A stretch of 64,000 nt of DNA from Candidatus Magasanikiibacteriota bacterium (GCA_042218065.1 JBDGRL010000012.1:4244-68243), one strand, 5' to 3'; numbered from the stretch's first letter, positions 44,861-52,862 are shown. Program-made: numbers and translations. The notes: generated by a model from the letters alone, not told the origin.

Positions 44861-44963
44861 GCCCCAGGAAAGGTAAGCCTGAGAATGGCGGAGCCGAATT
44901 TCCGAGAGGAGGGAGCCTAGCGTGTTAACGTGAGGCTAGCAGGTTCGAATCCTGCCCGGGGCA
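44861..44963 (+). ncRNA. Non-canonical tRNA-like element (T-arm plus acceptor-like helix; no anticodon arm identified)
   Basis: The T-arm GCAGG-TTCGAAT-CCTGC (44939-44955) is perfect. The 3' strand CCGGGGC (44956-62) pairs with GCCCCAG (44861-67) in 6 of 7 positions. The discriminator is A44963 and no CCA is encoded. An extra arm, AGCCT..AGGCT (44914-44937), is present. At 103 nt it is too long and irregular for a standard cloverleaf. Confidence 0.4.
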
Positions 44964-45001
44964 TTTTGCACGATTGTTCGATCTTTGTAGAATTTGGGGG
45001 A

Positions 45002-45066
45002 GCCTAGAACAGTTTGTTCTAGGCAATACAAAAGCTCACCAAATCTGGTGAGTTTTTGTATTTTTT
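45002..45066 (+). terminator. Tandem hairpins; the second is a strong rho-independent terminator
   Basis: Hairpin 1 is GCCTAGAACA/TGTTCTAGGC (45002-45024). Hairpin 2 is a 14-bp stem TACAAAAGCTCACC/GGTGAGTTTTTGTA (45027-45060) followed by TTTTTT. Confidence 0.75.
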
Positions 45067-45091
45067 GCTATAGTTTGAAAAAATAATTTTT

Positions 45092-46312
45092 GTGAAGGAA
45101 AAATTAGCTCGCAACCCAAAACTACTATTCTGGATTAATGCTTTGAAAAATGTGAAAGTTTTAAGCATTGTAATTTCTTTATTTTATCTTCACCGTGGTT
45201 TGAGTTTATCACAGATTTTTTATTTATCGATCGTCTGGGCGGTGACAAATTTACTATTTGAAATCCCTTCTAGCTACATGGCCGATAAGTGGGGCAGGAA
45301 GAAAACTTTATTTGTCGGTGCAGTCTCTTTTTTATTCTACTGGATTGTTTTGTTGGTTGGTGCTAGCTTTTGGGTATTTGCTTTTGCTATTTTTTTGTAT
45401 GCCTTTTCTTTTGCTTGTTTTTCTGGAACAGATGATGCTTTACTTTATGATACCAAAAAAGAGTTAGGCAAAGAGGCAGAAACTTTAGGTTCATTTGGTA
45501 AATATTACTCAGCCAAAAGGATTTTCAAAATTGCTGCTCCAATTTTAGGAGCAGTTATTGCTAAGGATTTACTTGAATGGCAATTTCAGCTAATCATCAG
45601 TATAGATATATTTGCTTCTCTGTTGGCTGTTATTATGACATTGTTTTTAGTTGAGCCCACTCACTACAAGGAAGTAAAACAAGAAGAGGCGGATATATTG
45701 TTAGATGCCTGGAATTTACTCAGCTCGAATAAAAATCTACTCAAAGCCATCTTAAATAAAACTCTGATTTTTATAGCTGGTTTTATAACTTTCCGCTATT
45801 ATCAAAAATTATTTGTCGATCTTGGTATGGCAGTAATAGCGATCGGTATCGGTTGGTCTATGTTTCAGGTAATAATGTTTTGGGGTAATCAAAAAATTAC
45901 TGAAGTCTTCAAAAATTATCCTTTGCCTCAAAGGATAGATTTCCTAAACTATATTTTTGCTGGTGTAATGAGTAGTTTTGTCGCTATTTATTTTATCGCT
46001 TCGGAGAGGTTTTATCTTCTATTTATTTTGTTTGTAGTGGCTCATATAGCCGAGACGCTTAGATATACTTTATTCTCCGAGATGTTCAACAAAAACTTCA
46101 AATCTTTCAATCGTTCGACAGCTTTATCTTTGTCAAATTTTCTTAAAAGTGTGCTAGATATTCCGTTGATATTTTTTGCCGGCTGGTTAGTTAGCCTCGA
46201 TATTATCTACCCTTATGTATTTGCTGCTATTTTAGCTGTTGTAGTTAGTTTGGTTGTTAGTCTCCACGGGTTAGGTTTATATGTTCAGAAAAAGCCAGTT
46301 AAAGCTTCCTAA
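45092..46312 (+). CDS. MFS transporter
   Basis: 406 aa with about 11-12 TM segments and the MFS loop motif MADKWGRKKT. It has a GTG start. Confidence 0.85.
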   Translation: MKEKLARNPKLLFWINALKNVKVLSIVISLFYLHRGLSLSQIFYLSIVWAVTNLLFEIPSSYMADKWGRKKTLFVGAVSFLFYWIVLLVGASFWVFAFAIFLYAFSFACFSGTDDALLYDTKKELGKEAETLGSFGKYYSAKRIFKIAAPILGAVIAKDLLEWQFQLIISIDIFASLLAVIMTLFLVEPTHYKEVKQEEADILLDAWNLLSSNKNLLKAILNKTLIFIAGFITFRYYQKLFVDLGMAVIAIGIGWSMFQVIMFWGNQKITEVFKNYPLPQRIDFLNYIFAGVMSSFVAIYFIASERFYLLFILFVVAHIAETLRYTLFSEMFNKNFKSFNRSTALSLSNFLKSVLDIPLIFFAGWLVSLDIIYPYVFAAILAVVVSLVVSLHGLGLYVQKKPVKAS

Positions 46313-46350
46313 TTTTTTTCAAAGTTTAAATATAATAATATGCCAAAAAA

Positions 46351-46995
46351 ATGAATACCAGAAGTACACAAAAAACAAATGTAAACAAAAAATTTAGCCC
46401 TGGTCACTACGGATTTGTATTGAAGCCAGATTCCAAAATAAGAGAAAAAGTTGAGAAAATCCAGCAGGAATTTTGTCCGAATGTAGAATTTAAGGCTGGA
46501 GCAGATGGGGATATTCACCTTACTTTATATCATGCTCCAATAAGTACTGTTTCCAAGCCAAAAATAGATAAAATTATCAAAACCGTCGAAGCTACAGGAA
46601 TATTAGATGAAAGATTACAACTTAGAGAGTTAGAAATTTATGGAGAAACATTTCTATTTTGGAGTGTCTCAACTATTCCAGAAGTGTTGACTGAAGCTCA
46701 TAAAAAAGCTTTAAATTTGGCTAACTTTTTACAGAAAGAGGCTTCTGAAAGTAAAGAAAATTTAGCAGGTTTAAGCGAGAAAGAACAAGAAAATATCAAA
46801 AAATATAATCATCCGCTGGTAAAAGATTTATACAAGCCTCATATTACTATTGCTTATAACTCGACAGGAATAGAAGTTGAATCTAAAAAAATTGAAAATT
46901 TCTCTCATTCTGCTTCTATTGACATTGAAGAAATAAGTTTTGCTCGTATAGGTGATAATGGTCGGGTAGAAGAAAATTTACTTACAATTTCTTAA
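46351..46995 (+). CDS. 2H-phosphoesterase superfamily protein (LigT-like)
   Basis: 214 aa with two HxTx motifs, DIHLTLYH and KPHITIAYN, at the spacing expected for 2H enzymes. Confidence 0.7.
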   Translation: MNTRSTQKTNVNKKFSPGHYGFVLKPDSKIREKVEKIQQEFCPNVEFKAGADGDIHLTLYHAPISTVSKPKIDKIIKTVEATGILDERLQLRELEIYGETFLFWSVSTIPEVLTEAHKKALNLANFLQKEASESKENLAGLSEKEQENIKKYNHPLVKDLYKPHITIAYNSTGIEVESKKIENFSHSASIDIEEISFARIGDNGRVEENLLTIS

Positions 46996-46997
46996 TT

Positions 46998-47927
46998 ATG
47001 AAAAACACATCTATACTGGAGAAAAATCAAGAAGAGCTAGAAAAAATTATTCAAATATTAGAAGATGCAATTGGCCATAATGCACGAGTTGCCGGAATTA
47101 TTCAAATAGGAAGTTATGCTAATGGTGAGTCGGTACCAGGACTCTCGGATATAGATACAAGAGTGTATGTCGAATCTGATGAAGTATATATCTGGAATGT
47201 AGCTGGACACAAAACCAGCGAAGAAATTTATCAAGAGAATAAACTTGATGATTTTGTTGATGAATATGGAGAAAAGCCGATAGAAGATTTAACGTGGAAT
47301 AATTTTAATCTTCCTATGTGGGACCAACTAGAAGAAGAGTTTGGAGTCCAAATCGAGTTTGGACTTACTGATAAGAGGTATGCTGATTATGCATTGCAAA
47401 ATATTAAGAGTTCACCTACTAATGAGCATTCTTTCTTGATGAAACGAAGTATTATTTATGATCCGGATAATTTTTTATCACAATGGAAACAGAAGCTTTC
47501 CGGAGAAGTTTTTCCTACAATGGTAGAGTTTTACAAGGACCAATACCTCAGCGGTCTGTCAGATAAACTTTATAATAGCACAGAAATAACTGAAGGTGAC
47601 TTAGAAGAAATTGAGAGAAGAAATAAAATCCAATGGATCAAACGAGCAATTCGGCACATTAGAGAAGCTGTTACAACTAAAGTTTATGCCGCTACTGGAG
47701 AAATAGTTCATAAAAAAGACGATATCCTTGCTTTTTATAAAAAACACTTACCTGAAAGATACGATTTTGTAAAAAAATTATATCGCTGGAAGACAGACTA
47801 CGAAACAAGAAAAGAAATGATCAAAGATTGTCTAGAAAATCCTAAAAAATATTCTGAGAAGTTTGAAGAGTTGACTCCAAAGTTGGAGGAAGTTGTTAAA
47901 GAAGTCAGTAATTTGCGACTTAATTAG
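46998..47927 (+). CDS. Pol-beta-superfamily nucleotidyltransferase domain protein
   Basis: 309 aa. It has IGSYANGESVPGLSDIDTRVYV (the GS...DxD catalytic pattern) and a helical C-terminal domain. It begins 2 nt after the upstream stop. Confidence 0.75.
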   Translation: MKNTSILEKNQEELEKIIQILEDAIGHNARVAGIIQIGSYANGESVPGLSDIDTRVYVESDEVYIWNVAGHKTSEEIYQENKLDDFVDEYGEKPIEDLTWNNFNLPMWDQLEEEFGVQIEFGLTDKRYADYALQNIKSSPTNEHSFLMKRSIIYDPDNFLSQWKQKLSGEVFPTMVEFYKDQYLSGLSDKLYNSTEITEGDLEEIERRNKIQWIKRAIRHIREAVTTKVYAATGEIVHKKDDILAFYKKHLPERYDFVKKLYRWKTDYETRKEMIKDCLENPKKYSEKFEELTPKLEEVVKEVSNLRLN

Positions 47928-48196
47928 TAATTAAAATCTTGGCTTTCGTAAATAAGTAAGATAAAATTAAATTACAAGAAATTAAAATTAAGTTTACTTA
48001 TGAAAAACCGAAAAACAAGCACAGAAGAAGATTTTTTTGATCTTGCTGGATCAGTCGATCATGAAGGTGGAGAAAAAGATTTTGATGAGTTAAGAAAAAA
48101 ACTACTAAACAGGTAGCTGAATCTGTCATTAAAGACATACATAAATTAGAATCATAGTTTGCTATTTACTACTCCATCCATTAAAATATCAGCAGT

Positions 48197-49048
48197 ATGA
48201 ATCTATCAGTAATTACCGTAACTTGGAACAATGAAGATGAAATAGCCGAGCAGATACGCTCGGTAAGATCTGCATGTAATGATATCGAATTCGAGCAGAT
48301 TATAGTAGATAATGACTCACCAGATGATACCGTAAAAGTTATTGAAAAAAATTTTCCTGAGGTGAAATTGATAGCTAATAAGGAAAATAAAGGCTTTGGT
48401 ACAGCAAATAATCAAGGAGTTGAACAAGCAGAAGGTGAATTTTTGTTGTTTTTAAATCCGGATATGAAACTAAAAGAGGGAAGCTTAGATAAGATAGTAA
48501 AATGGATGAGAGACAATGAAGATGTAGGAATTGCTTGTCCAAAGCTTATTAACGAAGACGGTAGTTTCAACGAGCATGCCAGTCCACGCAGTTTCCCTAC
48601 AGTTCTAGAGCAGCTAGCGATTATTTTCAAGATCCCTCACATTTTTCCATCTGTATTAGATAGATATTTAATGACAGATTTTGATCCAAGTAAGGAGCGA
48701 GAAGTCGATAGTGTCCGCGGATCTTTTATGCTGATGCGAAGAGAAATTGTAGAAGAACTAGGCTGGGCTTTCGATCCAAGATACTTCATCTGGTATGAAG
48801 ATGTAGATATCTGTCGTGAAGTAAAAAGCCTAGGCTACAAAGTAATGTATACTCCGGTAATTGAAGCAGTTGATTATGTCGGTAAGAGCTTCGGCCAGAG
48901 AAGAGGTCTATGGAAGCAAAAGAACTTTACTGAAAGTATGCTAAAATATTTCAAAAAATGGGAGCCATTCTATAAATGGATCTGGATCGCTATGGCTCGT
49001 CCGATTGGAATTTTTATGGTTTGGTTGCAAGAAAAAATTATAAATTAA
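48197..49048 (+). CDS. GT2 family glycosyltransferase
   Basis: 283 aa. Motifs are LSVITVTWNN, IVDNDSPDDT, NKGFGTANNQG, FLNPDM and YEDVD. Confidence 0.9.
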   Translation: MNLSVITVTWNNEDEIAEQIRSVRSACNDIEFEQIIVDNDSPDDTVKVIEKNFPEVKLIANKENKGFGTANNQGVEQAEGEFLLFLNPDMKLKEGSLDKIVKWMRDNEDVGIACPKLINEDGSFNEHASPRSFPTVLEQLAIIFKIPHIFPSVLDRYLMTDFDPSKEREVDSVRGSFMLMRREIVEELGWAFDPRYFIWYEDVDICREVKSLGYKVMYTPVIEAVDYVGKSFGQRRGLWKQKNFTESMLKYFKKWEPFYKWIWIAMARPIGIFMVWLQEKIIN

Positions 49049-49054
49049 GAAACT

Positions 49055-50584
49055 ATGCCTAAAACACCAGAGGAGAGAAAAAAAGAGCTGAAGCACAACC
49101 TCTCCCTAAAAATAAAAAAGTGGGTAAAAAACTCCAAAAAAAGCCTGAAGGAGCTAGCTACTACCTTATGGCCCAAAGCAAAAGAGGATAAATATTACAA
49201 AAAGAAGAAAGGAGGTTTAGTATTTGATGCTGAGGCATTTTTAAATGACTGGGCTGAAAATATATTGCAAGAAGAACGGGCGGAGCCGAATGATATCTCT
49301 TTTGTAGATAGACCGATTATAGAAACGGATGAAGGGGAAATAACTCCCGGGGAGGAGGAGTTTGAAAGTAAAAAAACAATTCCGAGAACACAATATCTAC
49401 AAGAAGTACTGCAAGAATTCGGTTATGATTTTTCTATTGTCGTAGGTAGCGATAGACCGGAGATGTTCAGAGAAGAACCTTATCAGGCTTATATGGTTCA
49501 AGATATAGACAGGATTGTGTTGGTAAACAACCAAGAAGAAGAAGCGACCTTCGTGATATTCGACAGTGATACGGAAGATCTATTTGACAGGCCTCAGCTA
49601 AAAGATGATCTTAAAAGTAGACCGGATGTAAAACGTATAAAATATGAAGGTAAAGAAAGCTGGCAAAATAAACTAAGGGAGTTATTGGAGGAAGACTATA
49701 ATTTAAAAGAGACTGAAGGACGTTTTCTCAGTTTCGATGAATTGAAAAAAGAAGTACAAGCAGCAGGGGTAGAAAGCAGTAGCGAATATCAAGAAGAACA
49801 AAAAGAACACGACAATTGGCCCAGCACCCCTAATAGAGCTTACTCCAAACAATGGTCAAGCTGGTACGACTTTTTAGGCAAGGAAAAGCCTAAAGAAAGA
49901 TTTCTCGGTTTCAATGAATTACAAAAAGAAATACAGGCAGCAGATATAATGAATCGGTCAGAATATAGAAAAGAACAAAAAGAACACGACAATTGGCCTA
50001 GCCAACCTTATAGAACATACTCCGAACAATGGATCGATTGGTATGACTTTCTAGAAAAGGAAAAACCTGAATATATTAGTTTCAATGAGTTAAAAAAAGA
50101 AGTACAATCTGCAGGAATAGAAAGTCGAAGAGAATATAGAGAAGAACAAAAAGAGCACAATAGATGGCCGTCTAATCCTGTTAAATATTATCAAAATAAA
50201 TGGAAAAATTGGTACGATTTTTTAGGTAAAGAGAAATCTGAATATCTTAATTTTAGTGAATTAAAAAAAGAAGTTCAAGCAACAGGTATAGAAAGTCATA
50301 TAGAATATATAGAAGAACAAAAAAAGCACGACAGTTGGCCCAGTACCCCAGATAGAATTTATTCAGAACAGTGGACTAACTGGTATGATTTTCTGGACAA
50401 AGAAAAACCCGAAGAAAAATTAAGCTTTAATGAGCTAAAGAAAGAAGTACAAGCAGCAAATATAAATACACAAAGAGAATATAGAGAAGAACAAAAAGAG
50501 CATAATAGATGGCCCTCTAAGCCTGAAGGATTTTATCAAAATAAATGGAAAAATTGGTACGACTTTCTAGGTAAAGAAAAATAA
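49055..50584 (+). CDS. Repeat protein with five ~57-aa W-rich repeats
   Basis: 509 aa. The C-terminal 287 aa consist of five copies of F.ELKKEVQ..GI....EY.EEQKEH..WPS.P...Y...W..WYDFLGKEK. Confidence 0.8.
   Translation: MPKTPEERKKELKHNLSLKIKKWVKNSKKSLKELATTLWPKAKEDKYYKKKKGGLVFDAEAFLNDWAENILQEERAEPNDISFVDRPIIETDEGEITPGEEEFESKKTIPRTQYLQEVLQEFGYDFSIVVGSDRPEMFREEPYQAYMVQDIDRIVLVNNQEEEATFVIFDSDTEDLFDRPQLKDDLKSRPDVKRIKYEGKESWQNKLRELLEEDYNLKETEGRFLSFDELKKEVQAAGVESSSEYQEEQKEHDNWPSTPNRAYSKQWSSWYDFLGKEKPKERFLGFNELQKEIQAADIMNRSEYRKEQKEHDNWPSQPYRTYSEQWIDWYDFLEKEKPEYISFNELKKEVQSAGIESRREYREEQKEHNRWPSNPVKYYQNKWKNWYDFLGKEKSEYLNFSELKKEVQATGIESHIEYIEEQKKHDSWPSTPDRIYSEQWTNWYDFLDKEKPEEKLSFNELKKEVQAANINTQREYREEQKEHNRWPSKPEGFYQNKWKNWYDFLGKEK
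49721..50581 (+). repeat. Five in-frame tandem repeats (units start 49721, 49898, 50069, 50240, 50414)
   Basis: By direct comparison of the units, the period is 171-177 nt. The repeats are entirely coding and lie inside CDS 49055..50584. Confidence 0.9.
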
Positions 50585-50585
50585 A

Positions 50586-51647
50586 ATGCGAAAACTATCA
50601 GTACAACTAGTAACTTGGAATGGAGAGGATTATATCCCATATCTGTTTGATTCTCTACGAGATCAAACCTTTGACGATTGGAAGCTGAACATTTTAGATA
50701 ATAATTCTGATGATAATACTTTAGAAGCACTAGAGAAGGAGCTGGAAGACTTTGAAGTTAATTATCACTTCCAACAAAATGATACAAATGTCGGCTTTGC
50801 TCCGGGTCATAATAAGCTTTTTAGGGAAACAAACTCCGAGTATTTTTTAATGCTGAACCAGGATATGTACTTGCAGCCGGATTGCTTAGAAAAGTTGGTT
50901 GATTTTTTAGATAAAAATCAGGAAGCTGCAGGGGTAACACCGCGTTTAATGAGATGGAAATTTGATCTACTAAAAGATAAAAATGTGGAAGAAAATGATC
51001 TGCTTAAGCAAAGCTTTACCGATCAGGTGGACTCTTTGGGTATGAAAATTTTTAAAAATCGCAGAGTTATAGAGCAATATACCCAAAAAAAATGGAGCAA
51101 GATTAAGGATAAATTTGATTCAGATACCCGAGAAGTCTTCGGTGTGTCAGGTGCTTTTCCTATGTTCCGCAGGAGCTCCATAGAAGAAATTACTTTCGAT
51201 AATGGTAATTATCTGGACGAAGATTATCATTCTTACAAGGAGGATGTGGATCTAGCTTATCGTTTGCAGTCCAGCGGCAACAAAGCTTATGTCATATTAG
51301 ATACAGTAGCTTATCATGATCGTTCCGCTGCCGGTCCGGAAAACCCTGGAATTATAGCTACTATAAAGAATAAACTTGATCAGAGTGAGTGGGTGAAAAA
51401 ACACAGCTACAAAAACCATCTGATGACGTTGTATAAGAATGAATATTGGCAGAATTTTTTGCTTGATTTTCCATTTATATTTTGGTATGAATTAAAGAAG
51501 TTCATCTGGTATCTACTATTTGATCCGAAAGTGCTGAAAAGCCTGGCTACAGCATGGAGTCTAAGAGATAGAATGAAAGAAAAAAGAGAACAAATTAAAA
51601 AAGGGCGTGTCAAGAATTATAAAGAAATGAGAGAAAACTGGTTGTAA
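50586..51647 (+). CDS. GT2 family glycosyltransferase
   Basis: 353 aa. Motifs are LSVQLVTWNG, ILDNNSDDNT, NVGFAPGHN, LNQDM and KEDVDLAYR. Confidence 0.9.
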   Translation: MRKLSVQLVTWNGEDYIPYLFDSLRDQTFDDWKLNILDNNSDDNTLEALEKELEDFEVNYHFQQNDTNVGFAPGHNKLFRETNSEYFLMLNQDMYLQPDCLEKLVDFLDKNQEAAGVTPRLMRWKFDLLKDKNVEENDLLKQSFTDQVDSLGMKIFKNRRVIEQYTQKKWSKIKDKFDSDTREVFGVSGAFPMFRRSSIEEITFDNGNYLDEDYHSYKEDVDLAYRLQSSGNKAYVILDTVAYHDRSAAGPENPGIIATIKNKLDQSEWVKKHSYKNHLMTLYKNEYWQNFLLDFPFIFWYELKKFIWYLLFDPKVLKSLATAWSLRDRMKEKREQIKKGRVKNYKEMRENWL

Positions 51648-51659
51648 ATTCCAATGATA

Positions 51660-51838
51660 ATATTAATTTTCCACTATATCGAGCATTTGAGCATGAGCGT
51701 ATAAAATTTTAGCTATGAAGAGCGATTTCTTTGTTTCAATGTTTGACGCCGAGTCGGCGGTGAGTTTTGAAACAAAAGCGATGAATAGTAAAAATTTAGT
51801 GAAAGCTCAACCAGCGAGAGATAGTGGAAAATTAATAT
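51660..51838. repeat. Nested inverted repeat spanning nearly the whole 198-nt intergenic spacer
   Basis: The outer arms ATATTAATTTTCCACTAT (51660-77) and ATAGTGGAAAATTAATAT (51821-38) are a perfect 18-bp match. The middle arms are TTGTTTCAA (51731-39) and TTGAAACAA (51767-75). The apex is CGCCG-agt-CGGCG (51747-59). Confidence 0.85.
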
Positions 51839-51845
51839 CAAACAG

Positions 51846-52691
51846 ATGAAAGACTTAACAATTGCATTCGTCAACTACAAGATGAAAGACGACGTCATTA
51901 AAGCAATAGACTCCATATTGGATGACATCGAGGGGTGCGATTATGATATTCAGATAAATGTAGCTGATAATTCACAAAATGAGGACGGATTGAAAGATGA
52001 AATGGAGGAAAAATTTCCTCAGGATAATGTAAAATATATAGATTCGGGTGGTAATGTCGGATTTGGAGCTGGTAATAACATAGCATTTCAAGAAACACCG
52101 GCTAGGTACTATTTTGCTCTCAATTGTGACACTGTAATACCGAAAGACTCCAACACTATTGAAAGAATTATAGAATTTATGGACGATAATCCTAAGATCG
52201 GTTGTATCGGGCCTAGATTGGAGAATATGGATGGAAGTTTGCAGTATTCTTGTTTTCGCTTTGATCTGCCCTCCATTTTGATCAAACCTCTCAAGAAAGC
52301 AGGCTTACACAAAAAATGGGATTGGGTTAAAAAATACACTGACAATCTACTGATGAAAGATTTTGACCACTCTGAAACCATGCCTGTAGACTGGGTACTG
52401 GGGGCAGCTATGGTAGTACGCAAAGAGGCAGTCGATGATGTAGGCTGGTTCGATGAGCGGTATTTTATGTATATAGAGGATGCAGATTGGTGCCATGAAA
52501 TGTGGGAAGCTGGTTGGCCAGTTTATTATGTTCCTGATATAGTAATAAGGCACAGACATGAGAGGGGTTCAGACAAAGTTCCGGGAATCATAAAAGCTTT
52601 AGTAAAAAATAAATTAGCAAGAATCCACTTGGCCAGTTGGTTAAAATACCTCTGGAAGTGGAGAGGTAATCATAAATATTATGCTAGATAA
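51846..52691 (+). CDS. GT2 family glycosyltransferase
   Basis: 281 aa. Motifs are VADNSQNEDG, NVGFGAGNN, ALNCDT and YIEDADWC. Confidence 0.9.
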   Translation: MKDLTIAFVNYKMKDDVIKAIDSILDDIEGCDYDIQINVADNSQNEDGLKDEMEEKFPQDNVKYIDSGGNVGFGAGNNIAFQETPARYYFALNCDTVIPKDSNTIERIIEFMDDNPKIGCIGPRLENMDGSLQYSCFRFDLPSILIKPLKKAGLHKKWDWVKKYTDNLLMKDFDHSETMPVDWVLGAAMVVRKEAVDDVGWFDERYFMYIEDADWCHEMWEAGWPVYYVPDIVIRHRHERGSDKVPGIIKALVKNKLARIHLASWLKYLWKWRGNHKYYAR

Positions 52692-52692
52692 T

Positions 52693-52787
52693 TTTCATTC
52701 ATTCTTGTCCGCTCATTCTCACTATGTTCCGAGGTAATTACCTGCATGACTTTAGGTAATTAAATCCGCGGACAAGAATGAGTGAAA
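52693..52787. repeat. ~20-bp inverted repeat enclosing a 55-nt insert, starting right after the stop codon
   Basis: TTTCATTCATTCTTGTCCGC (52693-52712) pairs with GCGGACAAGAATGAGTGAAA (52768-52787), with one G-U pair. Inside lies the 12-nt palindrome AGGTAATTACCT (52732-43) and a second AGGTAATTA (52754-62). Confidence 0.8.
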
Positions 52788-52862
52788 TTTTAGATCTATG
52801 ATGATTGAAACATTGTATAAGATTTATTGCATGGATATTTGAATTAAATAATTATCACCAAT

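Noticed and set aside
44850-44866. GTTGAGC (44856-62) matches the integron attC R' core GTTRRRY, which would suggest an integron-type gene cassette.
   Set aside because: There is no complementary RYYYAAC R'' core at the base of the stem; the partner reads CAC rather than AAC. There is also no intI gene and no array of cassettes. A 7-mer match is weak evidence.
44861-44963. Reading the element as a canonical tRNA, a class II tRNA or the tRNA-like domain of tmRNA.
   Set aside because: I could not draw a D-arm or a 5-bp anticodon stem with a 7-nt loop and U33. At 103 nt it exceeds class II tRNAs. The acceptor would be G1-C72/C2-G71/C3-G70, not the G3-U70 alanine identity of tmRNA, and no GGGG...GAUUCGAC 5' partner or tag ORF is present.
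44085-44965. Reading the whole G+C-rich block as one giant structured ncRNA (GOLLD/ROOL-like, often next to tRNAs).
   Set aside because: The strong codon-position G+C asymmetry, a well-placed GGAGG-ATG and ordinary protein-like composition all favour a protein gene for 44177-44791. Only the 3' 174 nt look non-coding.
44912-45007. A 9-nt direct repeat GGAGCCTAG (44912-20 and 44999-45007) flanks the T-arm, a possible att duplication.
   Set aside because: It is short. The second copy is part of a terminator-like hairpin stem and the first is part of the extra arm. Chance recurrence cannot be excluded without genome-wide statistics.
48000-48157. A 38-codon ORF (MKNRKTSTEEDFFDLAGSVDHEGGEKDFDELRKKLLNR) has an A7 run (48095-48101) that would extend it by 18 codons after a -1 slip (A AAA AAA C).
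   Set aside because: It has no SD or promoter signal, is below the track cutoff, and matches no recognisable family. The slippery run may be coincidental in an AT-rich spacer or a homopolymer error.
49721-50581. A regular 171-177-nt repeat array, considered as a possible CRISPR or satellite.
   Set aside because: The units are contiguous with no unique spacers, in frame, and translate to a conserved protein repeat. The array is coding.
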